The notes below the pieces were generated by a model. It had not been told where the DNA came from. It ran no database searches and was given only the letters and a program-made list of their open reading frames with translations. Positions 24,996 through 33,314 of a stretch of DNA of 35,224 nt are shown one piece after another. How positions within the stretch are numbered: the first letter of the stretch is position 1; every line of letters begins with the position of its first letter. The position numbers and the translations under genes were made by a program. Origin of the DNA: a virus (lineage: Duplodnaviria > Caudoviricetes); the IMG/VR virus record IMGVR_UViG_3300016666_000320, positions 1-35,224 of that record; one strand, given 5' to 3'.

Positions 24996-26729
24996 TTACA
25001 TCGCCAGAATGTCGTCGTCGGTAAGGTTGTCGAGTAAGCTGCCCTCGACCTGATCGGCCAGCATTGCGCGGCTCATGGCCATCAGCACGGCGACCATGCC
25101 GTCGATCTTGCGCAGGTTGCCTTTGCCTTCGTCTTCTTTCATCGGGGTCAGACAGCCCCGGTATTCCTTGGCCGTCACGTTGCCCGCCATCCACGACAGA
25201 ACCGAGTTCTCCGGGTGGTTGAAGCGCCGCGAAACCAGGGCCGCTTCCACTTCGCGCATCGGCATGTTCATCGTTTGAATGCCCCCGCCGACCTCGACCA
25301 CTTCCGCGCCGTCCTCTTGCAGTTGGTGCGCCAGTTGCGTGGCCCGCCACTTGTCGTAGGCGATTTCCTGTATGTCGAACATCTTGGCCAGGTCTTTGAT
25401 GTCATCGCGGATTACGTCGAAGTCGGTTTCTTCGCCGTCAGTGGTCAACAGTTCGCCATTGATCACCCAGGTTTCGTAGGCCTCCTTAAACGTCACGGCG
25501 CGCTCTATCGCACCCTCCGGCAGGTAGGAACGGCAGAACACCGTCCATACATCCCGGCCGCGCTCATCCTTATCCTTGAACACCAGGGCTACAGCGGTCA
25601 TGTCCGATTTACTGGCCAGGTCGACACCAACCCAGCATTTTTTCCCCCGGAATTGCTCCAGGGTTAATTCCGGGTTGCCGCAGGCGGCCCAGTCCGACAT
25701 GTTCAGCCACGCCGAGCGCGAGCTAACCCACACATTCAAATGCTTGGTTTTGAATTTGTTTAGCTGTGACGGGTAACGCTTGGCGTTGGCCTGCATGCGC
25801 AACAGATATTCGTCATCGACCGACACCCCGAAATTCGGGTTGGCCTTGCGCAACACCTTCGGGTCTTGCCAGTCGTCGCCCTCATCAATGGTGTAGATGA
25901 TGCCGAACAGCTCTTCGTTCTCGATCCCGCCTTCGCCCAGGGCGTGCAGCAGCATGTCTTTCACCTGGCCGCGTTGCACGTAGCAGGGGCCAGCCAGGTT
26001 ATAGCCGGCCGTAGTGATCACGAACATCAGCGGATGTTCGCGGGCACCCATGCCGGTGATCATGGTGTCGTACAGCGCCGACGACGCATGTTCGTGGTAT
26101 TCATCGACAATCGCGCAGCTCGGCGAACTACCGTCGCCCGGGTCGCCAATCAGCGGCTCAAAGCGGCTGCCGTCCTCGGGGATCGACAGGTTCATCACCA
26201 TCAGCTCGACGCCGCACTCTTCGACCAACTGAGGCGTATTCTTGAGCATCAGCCGCGCCGGACGGAACACCTCTAACGCCTGATCCTCGGTGGTCGCCCC
26301 GCAATACACCTCGGCGCCAAACTCGCCGTCCATGGTGAACATGAACAAGCCCAGGCCGGCGGCAATCACGCTTTTTCCGTTCTTGCGGGGGATCTCGCAA
26401 TAGACCTCACGGAAGCGCCGCAAGCCGCTTCTCTTGGCACGCCAACCGAAAATGCAACAGAAGATAAATTTCTGCCACGGCTCCAGGGTGATCAGTTGTC
26501 GCTTACCGGCCCACTTGCCTTTGGTATGCGGGAGCAACTGAATAAAGACACAGACACGCTCGGCTTGGGCCTTGTCGAACTTCCAGCGATAGGCCTTTTT
26601 CTTAGACTTCTCTAGGTCGCCCAAGTGACGGCGGCAGGCCGCCCGCACCCACTTGCACGCTTCAACCTTGCCCGCCACCACGTCGCGGGCGTATTTGTTC
26701 GCCGCGTTGACGTTTGGTGAACTGGCCAT
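24996..26729 (-). CDS. terL: Terminase large subunit
   Basis: LEPWQ, Walker A PRKNGKS, Walker B IVDEYH, nuclease motifs GVDLAS and KIDG. Confidence 0.96.
   Translation of the reverse strand: MASSPNVNAANKYARDVVAGKVEACKWVRAACRRHLGDLEKSKKKAYRWKFDKAQAERVCVFIQLLPHTKGKWAGKRQLITLEPWQKFIFCCIFGWRAKRSGLRRFREVYCEIPRKNGKSVIAAGLGLFMFTMDGEFGAEVYCGATTEDQALEVFRPARLMLKNTPQLVEECGVELMVMNLSIPEDGSRFEPLIGDPGDGSSPSCAIVDEYHEHASSALYDTMITGMGAREHPLMFVITTAGYNLAGPCYVQRGQVKDMLLHALGEGGIENEELFGIIYTIDEGDDWQDPKVLRKANPNFGVSVDDEYLLRMQANAKRYPSQLNKFKTKHLNVWVSSRSAWLNMSDWAACGNPELTLEQFRGKKCWVGVDLASKSDMTAVALVFKDKDERGRDVWTVFCRSYLPEGAIERAVTFKEAYETWVINGELLTTDGEETDFDVIRDDIKDLAKMFDIQEIAYDKWRATQLAHQLQEDGAEVVEVGGGIQTMNMPMREVEAALVSRRFNHPENSVLSWMAGNVTAKEYRGCLTPMKEDEGKGNLRKIDGMVAVLMAMSRAMLADQVEGSLLDNLTDDDILAM
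25766..25778 (+). repeat. 13-bp motif GTGACGGGTAACG, copy 4
   Basis: Exact copy inside terL. Confidence 0.8.
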
Positions 26730-26738
26730 AGAGGGTCG

Positions 26739-27206
26739 TTATCCGGCTTTGCCTCCCCGCAACGCGGTAAAGGGGTTGTCTGGTTTCTGATTGCCGCCGG
26801 GCTTTAGTCGAGCCCGGGCCGCAGGATCAAGCCCGAGCGCGCCACCGTAGGCGGCCATCTGCCGCAGGGTTTCGTTGGACACGGTGCACGCCGGGTTTTT
26901 GATTTCTTGCTTGGCCCCCATGACGATGATCCCGTTTTTGGTGATGTCGTCTTGCGCCTCCCGCCATCGCTGGTAGGCCATGCAAAACGCCTCCAGGTTG
27001 TGCAGGTCGGTGCCAGTCAGGATCTTGGCTTCTACCAACCAGGGCGCTACCTGCCGCCAGATGTTCATGGCGATTTCACCGAACCATTCCGGCGGCTCAG
27101 GCACCTGCGTCAAAGCATCGGGCGAAGGTGCGTTCTTGTTAAGTTTTCGTTTTCCCGGGTTGCCCTGAATCACCTTCAAGGCGGTCGGTTTTGCATGACG
27201 GCCCAC
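26739..27206 (-). CDS. terS: Terminase small subunit, P27 family
   Basis: GRHAKPTALK..GNPGKR and LGLDPAARARL motifs; GTG start with RBS. Confidence 0.92.
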   Translation of the reverse strand: MGRHAKPTALKVIQGNPGKRKLNKNAPSPDALTQVPEPPEWFGEIAMNIWRQVAPWLVEAKILTGTDLHNLEAFCMAYQRWREAQDDITKNGIIVMGAKQEIKNPACTVSNETLRQMAAYGGALGLDPAARARLKPGGNQKPDNPFTALRGGKAG

Positions 27207-27244
27207 AGGTGACCCCCTAATTTTTCCAAAGTACGAATTTTTTA

Positions 27245-27325
27245 ATTTCGCGGTCGCGTGTAAACGGCTGGGCGAGCGGTGGCGAGGGGGCAAGGCTCCA
27301 GAGATTTACCCCGCCCCCCCTTTTC
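27245..27325 (-). other. Candidate cos region
   Basis: GGGGGGCGGGGTAAATCTCTG...ACCG layout between HNH and terS, as in HK97-type cos phages; exact cut site not determined. Confidence 0.45.
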
Positions 27326-27453
27326 AGAGCAAAATTTTTCAGAAAAAGCAAAAATTATTTTAATTTTTTCAAAGAAATTTCAGGAATTTTCCAGAAAATC
27401 AACGAATTTTATTGATTTTTTGCAAATTTCTTTGATTTTTTACGCGCGGAAAA

Positions 27454-27816
27454 TTACCGCCGAGCGGCGGCCGACTCCTTTTGCGTCTTGAGCTGATGGC
27501 AAACGCTGTTTATGGCCATCAGATTCGATAATTCATCACTTCCACCCATGTATTTAGGTGTTATGTGGTCAACTTCTGACGCTGGAAGGCGCCGACCTTT
27601 GCAGTTTTCGCACTGACACATGTGTCGGTCACGCTCCAGCACTACCGCGCGCTTCTTCCGCCATTGCCAGCCATAGCCGCGCTGCTCAGCGGTACCGCGA
27701 TCCGGCTTACTCCAGCCAACTGCCAGATGAATGTGCTTATCGCAGAAGCCGCTAACGTCCAGAGTCTTGCCCGGACACATCGGCTGTCGACACGGGCGCT
27801 TGGCCTTTGGCGGCAT
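27454..27816 (-). CDS. HNH endonuclease (terminase cofactor, HK97 gp74-like)
   Basis: RGYGWQW, EVDHITP, NLMAINSVCHQLKT motifs; adjacent to terS. Confidence 0.92.
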   Translation of the reverse strand: MPPKAKRPCRQPMCPGKTLDVSGFCDKHIHLAVGWSKPDRGTAEQRGYGWQWRKKRAVVLERDRHMCQCENCKGRRLPASEVDHITPKYMGGSDELSNLMAINSVCHQLKTQKESAAARR

Positions 27817-28072
27817 GGGTTACAGCTCCTTGCTTCTGGATGCAGTCAAGTACCTGCATGGCGCAACTGGTTAGCGCGTCCTCGGTTTCATCGAGCGCGC
27901 GCGTCCAATCCTCATTGGCCACCAGTGGTGGCCGACCCGGCAGGCGACACGGCACCAGGCTGCACGACAGCGCCGGCCCGGTAAGCAACTGGGTCGATGG
28001 TTTCGGGGCGGGCGTACCGCAGGCCGAGAGCAACAGGGACAAGCTCAGCCAGATAAGCGTTGGTCTTTTCAT
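27752..28072 (-). CDS. Rz1: o-spanin lipoprotein (Rz1/LysC-like)
   Basis: Signal peptide with lipobox LSAC; Pro-rich; overlaps Rz in another frame. Confidence 0.8.
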   Translation of the reverse strand: MKRPTLIWLSLSLLLSACGTPAPKPSTQLLTGPALSCSLVPCRLPGRPPLVANEDWTRALDETEDALTSCAMQVLDCIQKQGAVTHAAKGQAPVSTADVSGQDSGR

Positions 28073-28349
28073 CGGTGCGTTTCAGCTCGGCCAAGTTGCG
28101 ATTGAGCTGGACGGTCTGGCCGTCCAGGGTGGAATTCATAGCGCGGGTGTTGCGCTCGATATTACTCAGCGCCGTACGCACGTCGGCCATGTCACGCAAC
28201 GCATCGAGCAAGCCGTCGCGCTGCGCTGCCAAACCCTCGTTAGCCTGGGCATATCGTACATTCGCCTGCATGGCGTGATCGGCGAACCAAAGGGAACAAG
28301 AGACGATCAAGGCAGCACCTAGTCCGCCTGCCAGGACGAAACCATTCAT
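27912..28349 (-). CDS. Rz: i-spanin (Rz/LysB-like)
   Basis: N-terminal TM helix and coiled coil, after the endolysin. Confidence 0.8.
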   Translation of the reverse strand: MNGFVLAGGLGAALIVSCSLWFADHAMQANVRYAQANEGLAAQRDGLLDALRDMADVRTALSNIERNTRAMNSTLDGQTVQLNRNLAELKRTDEKTNAYLAELVPVALGLRYARPETIDPVAYRAGAVVQPGAVSPAGSATTGGQ

Positions 28350-28789
28350 AGCAAAGCCCTCCGCACACCCTCATCAATCACGGCAGCTGAATACGGGTTT
28401 CCACCGTTCTCATGCCGGATGATTTCGACCACCATAGCCCGCAAGGTCAGAGGGTTGCGAATGTTGATCACTTGATCAGGCGCAACACCGACAGCCCTGG
28501 CCACTGCCTGGACGTAAGCGCCGGTATTGTTCTCAATGCTGGGAGCCCAGCGATTGATCGTCTCGACAATAGTGTCAATGCCAGGCCCACCAACGCCCGG
28601 CATGCCGTCTTTGCCGCGATAGTTGATCAACAACTTGCCCAGGGCACGAATGCCGTTTTCAGGCGTATCAAAACGAGCAAAGCGCGCCTCGATCTTGGGA
28701 TCAGGCTTGAGCTGGCCTTGCCACTGATTACGCGGGTTGTAGTCGATGTTCCCGGGGTTGTTGTTACGGATGCCGCGCGGCGTACTCAT
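28346..28789 (-). CDS. Putative endolysin (RGIRNNNPGNI family)
   Basis: RGIRNNNPGNI, RWAP..ENNT and HENG motifs; between holin and spanins. Confidence 0.8.
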   Translation of the reverse strand: MSTPRGIRNNNPGNIDYNPRNQWQGQLKPDPKIEARFARFDTPENGIRALGKLLINYRGKDGMPGVGGPGIDTIVETINRWAPSIENNTGAYVQAVARAVGVAPDQVINIRNPLTLRAMVVEIIRHENGGNPYSAAVIDEGVRRALL

Positions 28790-29109
28790 AGCGAATCCAC
28801 CTTACGTTCCGCCCAGCGCTTGCCGAGCTGACGAAGCTGCTCAACGCCAAGGATGCCGACAAACCCGGACGTGGCGAACGCCCAGCCGATGCTAAAACCG
28901 AACTCTTTAACGGTAAGGCCGACCACCATCACAATGACCGAACCAATCGAAGCCTCTAGCAGCTTCCGCCAGACGCTGGCCTCTTTGGCGTCGTATTGAA
29001 TCCGCAGCCAGGCCAGAACAAACGCGATAGCCATAGCCAGGCCGTTCTCTTTCAGGGCCAGCAACACCAGCACCCAAAAGGAGGGATCTTTATCAGGCAT
29101 TTTTCGCAT
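28786..29109 (-). CDS. Lambda-family holin with dual start (MRKM)
   Basis: Three hydrophobic segments, GFVGILGVE motif and basic C-terminus. Confidence 0.88.
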   Translation of the reverse strand: MRKMPDKDPSFWVLVLLALKENGLAMAIAFVLAWLRIQYDAKEASVWRKLLEASIGSVIVMVVGLTVKEFGFSIGWAFATSGFVGILGVEQLRQLGKRWAERKVDSL

Positions 29110-29141
29110 CTCGATAACCTCCCGGCGCTGGGAGCGGGCAT

Positions 29142-29174
29142 AAAAAAACCCCCGACCTGTAAGGGCCGGGGGCT
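29142..29174 (-). terminator. Late-leader terminator (tR'-like)
   Basis: CCCCCGGCC...GGTCGGGGG stem plus T7, between late promoter and holin. Confidence 0.75.
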
Positions 29175-29228
29175 AAGGGAATGACTGTGCAGTGCCACCG
29201 TGGCCGCAACATCACCACGATGGAGCAA

Positions 29229-29257
29229 ACGATAGGGAAAACCGCCACGCTTGTCAA
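29229..29257 (-). promoter_or_regulatory. Late promoter (pR'-like) TTGACA-N17-TATCGT
   Basis: Perfect -35 at 29252-29257, -10 at 29229-29234. Confidence 0.75.
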
Positions 29258-29273
29258 CACGATAAGTTGATAA

Positions 29274-29290
29274 ATACACGATTTGTGTAA
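29274..29290. promoter_or_regulatory. Operator ATACAC-GATTT-GTGTAA
   Basis: Matches the cI/cro region palindromes. Confidence 0.65.
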
Positions 29291-29318
29291 AACCGGCGCA
29301 CTGATCAACCTGCTTTAG

Positions 29319-29331
29319 CGTTACCCGTCAC
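29319..29331 (-). repeat. 13-bp motif GTGACGGGTAACG, copy 5
   Basis: Overlaps the stop of 29328..29675. Confidence 0.85.
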
Positions 29332-29675
29332 ACTATCGCTGTAGGTATCTGCAACTTCCACGCGGTCGGGGTATGCAGGCAAGCCAGCTCCCCCTTAAAG
29401 GCACCACCACAGCCCACTGGCAGGGTTTTGCCGCACTGCTTGCACGGGTAACGCTGCGCCTCGGCTATCTGCCCCTTGAGCCTGGCCGCGTCCTCGCGCA
29501 CCAGGGCAGCTATGTACTCTTCAATTTCATAGGGGCCATCGACCCCGCCGCGAATCGCCCGGGACTCATCGAGCATGGCCCGCTCAACCGGCCCGAGCTT
29601 GGCCGTCACCTCTTTAATGTCCTGCTCTTTCAGTCGATCCCGACGGCGCTGCTGTCGTTTGGCGTTACCCGTCAC
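29328..29675 (-). CDS. Putative DNA-binding protein (basic NAKRQQRRR motif, C-terminal Cys cluster)
   Basis: GTG start coupled to the upstream TGA; CKQC..C..C residues. Confidence 0.75.
   Translation of the reverse strand: MTGNAKRQQRRRDRLKEQDIKEVTAKLGPVERAMLDESRAIRGGVDGPYEIEEYIAALVREDAARLKGQIAEAQRYPCKQCGKTLPVGCGGAFKGELACLHTPTAWKLQIPTAIV
29663..29675 (-). repeat. 13-bp motif GTGACGGGTAACG, copy 6
   Basis: Supplies the upstream stop and the GTG start of 29328..29675. Confidence 0.85.
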
Positions 29676-29860
29676 AACATCACCCCCCTTGCTAAACACC
29701 ACACCATCCAAGCAGCCTCAACCGGCCCTAACAAATATTGCCCGCTAGCATTTCGCTGGAATGATGCCTCTTCAAAGCCATGCCTTAATTGGTAGGCAGC
29801 GAGTGCCGCCTCAAAATCTGCACGCTCTGAAACAATCTCCAAAACATCAGGGTTAGTCAT
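29672..29860 (-). CDS. Hypothetical protein
   Basis: Coupled ORF with RBS GAGG. Confidence 0.6.
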   Translation of the reverse strand: MTNPDVLEIVSERADFEAALAAYQLRHGFEEASFQRNASGQYLLGPVEAAWMVWCLARGVML

Positions 29861-30125
29861 GATCAAGCCTCCCGGTGATTCGCTCCCACCAGGTAAGGCG
29901 GCGCGGCTGAACGACTTTCGACTTCCTCAACACCATCAGTAAATGACGCAACTGGATGTATTGCTCCGGTCGCATTGGGCTGGCCTCGATCCACTCCCGA
30001 ACCTCCGGGCTGTTAATTTCCGTGTCCAGAATCCGGGCCACATCGACGAAGTATTCCGGGCGGAAAGTCTCGCGCCATTGGTCGTGCCACAGCTCAAGGG
30101 TCATGTTCGGTTTAGGGCTGCTCAT
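29853..30125 (-). CDS. Hypothetical protein
   Basis: Strong RBS AAGGAGG; 90 aa. Confidence 0.7.
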   Translation of the reverse strand: MSSPKPNMTLELWHDQWRETFRPEYFVDVARILDTEINSPEVREWIEASPMRPEQYIQLRHLLMVLRKSKVVQPRRLTWWERITGRLDHD

Positions 30126-30155
30126 GGGAATAACTTCCTCCTTAGGAATGAATGG

Positions 30156-31457
30156 TTAAGCTGCGCTGCACGCCTTACGGTTCAAGGCGTCCAGCCCTTG
30201 CGCTGTTTCGGCCTGTCTCGCTTCTGTCTCGGCGTGAAAGCCGGTCAATTGGGAAAAGCCACGGGCGTCCAGCCAGGCATGCCAGCATTCCAGAGCTGCG
30301 CGCTTCTGCTTCTTCAAGGTGGTGTGGATATAGGTGGCACTGATCCCCGGCAGCTGGTGGTTCAGCAGAAATTCACCGACTTGATGTTCCACGCCAAGGT
30401 CTGCCCAACAGGTGCGCGCCACCTTCCTCAGGTCGTGACTAGTCCACTCACCCGCTCCCAATGGCTTGAATAAATCGTCGGCTTGTTTCGGGGTGATGGA
30501 CTGACCATTACGCGCGGGGAACAAGAACGCCCCGTCATAGTTAGTGGCTTTTTGCTGGTCACGATAAAGGCGCAGGAAGGTGCAGAGCTGATCGGTTAAC
30601 GGGACAATCAACTCTTTGCGGGTCTTGGCATCGGTCGCAGGAATGAACCACTCCCCATCTTCAAGGTTGATGTTTTTCCACTTAGCCAAACGGGTTTCGC
30701 CGATGCGCGTGCCATGAGCCAGCATCATCACCGCCAGAGCCACGGACGCTGGCCATTCGGTTTTTAGACTGATCAGATGGGCCAACACATCCCGCACCTG
30801 AGACGGGCGAATAGCCCCGGGCTTGGCCTCGATTCGGGCTTCGATAAAGTCAGGAAATGAAAGGTCAGCAAGTGGGTTGATGCTGATCAATTTCAGTTTG
30901 CTGGCTTGCTTTAAGGCGCCCATAAGCACACCGAAAACCTGTCGCACATAGGCCAGCGAATAGCTTTCCTGCAGCGGCCAGATCAATTTTTCATCCAGGC
31001 GCGACTGGTTCATGTCCGTCAGCCGCTCCCCCGCCAAGCGCGGTCGTAGGTGGCACTTGATCACGGAACGAATAGCGTCTTTGCGCTTGGTCGATTTGTT
31101 TCGGTCGCGCGTATTGCGCTCCAGATACCAGCTCAACAGCTCGCCAACGGTCTGCCAACCATCGAGAGCGACCGCCGCCGCCGGATCAATGGCCAGCTTC
31201 TGTAGGATCTTCGGCAGCGCCTCCATAAAGTCAGAAGCGCTCAGAGCGGGCCAGTTGGCAATCTTGCTGTACGGGTTGGGCTTGCCCTTGTGGTATGTGA
31301 CGACGTACCAACTGCCCGAAGCGCGGGCAGCGTGGTAACGAAAGACAACAGGGCGGCGCGTATCACGCAATTGTTTGACGGTGGGGTCTGCCGCGTGACG
31401 CTTGATCGCGGCGTCTGACAGCGCAACGCTAACAGTGGCTGTGTCGGTTTGAGGCAT
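30156..31457 (-). CDS. Tyrosine recombinase/integrase
   Basis: Catalytic R (HGTRIGE), K (AKT), HDLR, LNH and Y (ATY); arm-binding-like N-terminal domain. Confidence 0.92.
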   Translation of the reverse strand: MPQTDTATVSVALSDAAIKRHAADPTVKQLRDTRRPVVFRYHAARASGSWYVVTYHKGKPNPYSKIANWPALSASDFMEALPKILQKLAIDPAAAVALDGWQTVGELLSWYLERNTRDRNKSTKRKDAIRSVIKCHLRPRLAGERLTDMNQSRLDEKLIWPLQESYSLAYVRQVFGVLMGALKQASKLKLISINPLADLSFPDFIEARIEAKPGAIRPSQVRDVLAHLISLKTEWPASVALAVMMLAHGTRIGETRLAKWKNINLEDGEWFIPATDAKTRKELIVPLTDQLCTFLRLYRDQQKATNYDGAFLFPARNGQSITPKQADDLFKPLGAGEWTSHDLRKVARTCWADLGVEHQVGEFLLNHQLPGISATYIHTTLKKQKRAALECWHAWLDARGFSQLTGFHAETEARQAETAQGLDALNRKACSAA

Positions 31458-31584
31458 TGGCCTGGCTCCTTGGGTAAGGCGACCAGGCCCGTGTGATTAG
31501 GTGGCCCGGTCGCGGATCAGGCGCAGGGCTCCCCTACCCATCCAGTTGACGGGCACACAGCGGGGACGGACTGCGCGCAAATTC

Positions 31585-31608
31585 ATTCGTTAATTCGTTA
31601 TTTCGTTA
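31585..31608 (-). repeat. 8-bp tandem array F (3 units) upstream of the recombinase
   Basis: ATTCGTTA-ATTCGTTA-TTTCGTTA on the + strand. Confidence 0.85.
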
Positions 31609-31839
31609 CTTGATGGATTGGATCTTGTTGCGCAGTTCCAGGGATCGGGCGACCACCTGAAAATACTCGGCGGTCTTCTCGGGGGTCGGCCCCGGCATGG
31701 CGTGGAAGTTCGCCACCACCAGCACGAACGCGCGCAGCTCTTTGGTGTGTTCGATCAGCTCAAGGGCCGGTTTGAATTCGGCTTGTCCGGTGTACGGGCC
31801 GAAATAGGCCTCGACCTTGGCCAGGGCTTCGGGGGTCAT
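31606..31839 (-). CDS. Hypothetical protein
   Basis: 77-aa ORF coupled to the Q stop. Confidence 0.7.
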   Translation of the reverse strand: MTPEALAKVEAYFGPYTGQAEFKPALELIEHTKELRAFVLVVANFHAMPGPTPEKTAEYFQVVARSLELRNKIQSIK

Positions 31840-32258
31840 TTGTTCAACCTCAGTTTGGTTTCAGTGAAGGTTCGCGCCGCTTTCAATCGCCGCTCATATG
31901 TCCGCAGGCTGATGCCCAGGGCGTGGGCCTTGTTGTATTGATCCGCTCCGCGCGGGTCGTATTGCTCAATCTCTCGGCGTGCGGCGACCAGCCACCAGGC
32001 GGCGTTGTATTCCATGCGCAACACATCGGCATTCAGTGGGTCAGCGGCGAACAGTGACAGCACCGCCGCCTCGATAGCGCACTCGATGCCATCCGCCGCC
32101 GGCCCGCCGCTGAGACTTCCACCAAAAAACAGCTCGCCTTTGTTGTCGATCAGCTTGGCCAGCATCGAGCGACCGGCCGATACGGACTGATCCGCGCAAC
32201 TCCAGCGCGCCCAAAGCTCAAGGGCAGCATCTAAGTTGTCGACCTTACGTCTGGCCAT
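31836..32258 (-). CDS. Q: Late antiterminator Q-like protein
   Basis: LELWARW N-terminus, VLRMEY, and C-terminal HTH KAHALGISLRTYERRL. Confidence 0.7.
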   Translation of the reverse strand: MARRKVDNLDAALELWARWSCADQSVSAGRSMLAKLIDNKGELFFGGSLSGGPAADGIECAIEAAVLSLFAADPLNADVLRMEYNAAWWLVAARREIEQYDPRGADQYNKAHALGISLRTYERRLKAARTFTETKLRLNK

Positions 32259-32270
32259 GACTGCGCCGCC

Positions 32271-32726
32271 TTACGCGCGAGCCAGGGAGTCAATCGCGCC
32301 CGCGCACAGCGGAGCGACAGCACGAAGGCGCGGCAACACCAGCTCCGACAAGGCGTCGAGCGGGGCCAGGACATGGCGAAAACTGTCGCCCTTAGCGGTC
32401 ACGTTAAAGTCTCCTTGGCGATTGACGACCTGATCAGAAGGCGTGCCATAGACATGCCAGATCACGCCGCCTTGGGCGCGCACCACTCGCGCTTCTTCTT
32501 CGGTCAGGCAATGAACGATCACTAGGCCGCCGGCCGGGTTTTTGGTGGTCTTGTCTTGGGCCGTGTCCAAGGCGTCGCGTAGGATCATTGAGCGGCGCAG
32601 CGGACGGTTAACCCCCGGCGTCATCACAGCAAAGGCAGCAAGTGATTCTTTGCCCGACTCAATCAGTCGATCAGCAATCGCGATACGCTCGGCGTCTGTG
32701 CCGCCAGAAAGTGCAATCAATAACAA
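32271..32726 (-). CDS. dNMP-kinase-like protein with degenerate P-loop
   Basis: IALSG start and EEARVVRAQGGVIWHV motif; lacks GKD/GKT. Confidence 0.55.
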   Translation of the reverse strand: MLLIALSGGTDAERIAIADRLIESGKESLAAFAVMTPGVNRPLRRSMILRDALDTAQDKTTKNPAGGLVIVHCLTEEEARVVRAQGGVIWHVYGTPSDQVVNRQGDFNVTAKGDSFRHVLAPLDALSELVLPRLRAVAPLCAGAIDSLARA

Positions 32727-32747
32727 GGTAATCCCCTCGGCCTACCG

Positions 32748-33314
32748 TCAGCGGCGGGCACGTTCAATTTTGGTATTGCGCACAGTCTTCAAAAAATCAT
32801 GCAAAACGGGCGGGCTGGGCGCCGTGCTCGCCTTGCGGGCTAGCTCTATGGCCAGCTCCATTTCTTCGATGGTGACGTTGGAAGCGCACCATCGACGGAA
32901 CAAATCTTGGGTGTACGGGTCTTTCCCTAGCAGCGGCGGCATGCTCAGCTCGATTTCAAACCAGCAGCGCCACTGATCGGCGACTTTTGGAAGCTCCAGC
33001 GGCGGCAAAAACATGGTGAAGTCGGCTAGCGTTACGCATAACGGCGAACCCGGTTCCTCGCCTTGCTCTAGAGTCAGCCACTCGGCTTTGGCCAGATAAT
33101 CCAGCAGAAAGCCGAGGTCTTGCGGGTCGACCTGCAATGCGTCTAACCAGTCGCTGACGGGCATTGCAACAACGCCGGTATTGCGGGAGGGGCTGGACGC
33201 GAACAGCTCCAGCAACTTGATCAGGCGCGCGAAGCCAGCCATGCCGAAACGCTGCTCTACCTTAAGCACGACTGGCAACGCGGAGAAGTTGGAAGGGAGG
33301 TTAAGCGACGGCAT
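32748..33314 (-). CDS. Phage replication-organizer-like protein
   Basis: RFGMAGFARLIKLLE N-terminal domain, WCASNVT C-terminal domain; lambdoid O position after cro. Confidence 0.5.
   Translation of the reverse strand: MPSLNLPSNFSALPVVLKVEQRFGMAGFARLIKLLELFASSPSRNTGVVAMPVSDWLDALQVDPQDLGFLLDYLAKAEWLTLEQGEEPGSPLCVTLADFTMFLPPLELPKVADQWRCWFEIELSMPPLLGKDPYTQDLFRRWCASNVTIEEMELAIELARKASTAPSPPVLHDFLKTVRNTKIERARR

Noticed and set aside
30156-31457. Protelomerase (TelN) call
   Set aside because: Has an integrase-type HxxR/H/Y signature and arm-binding-like N-terminus, and is not adjacent to the palindrome.
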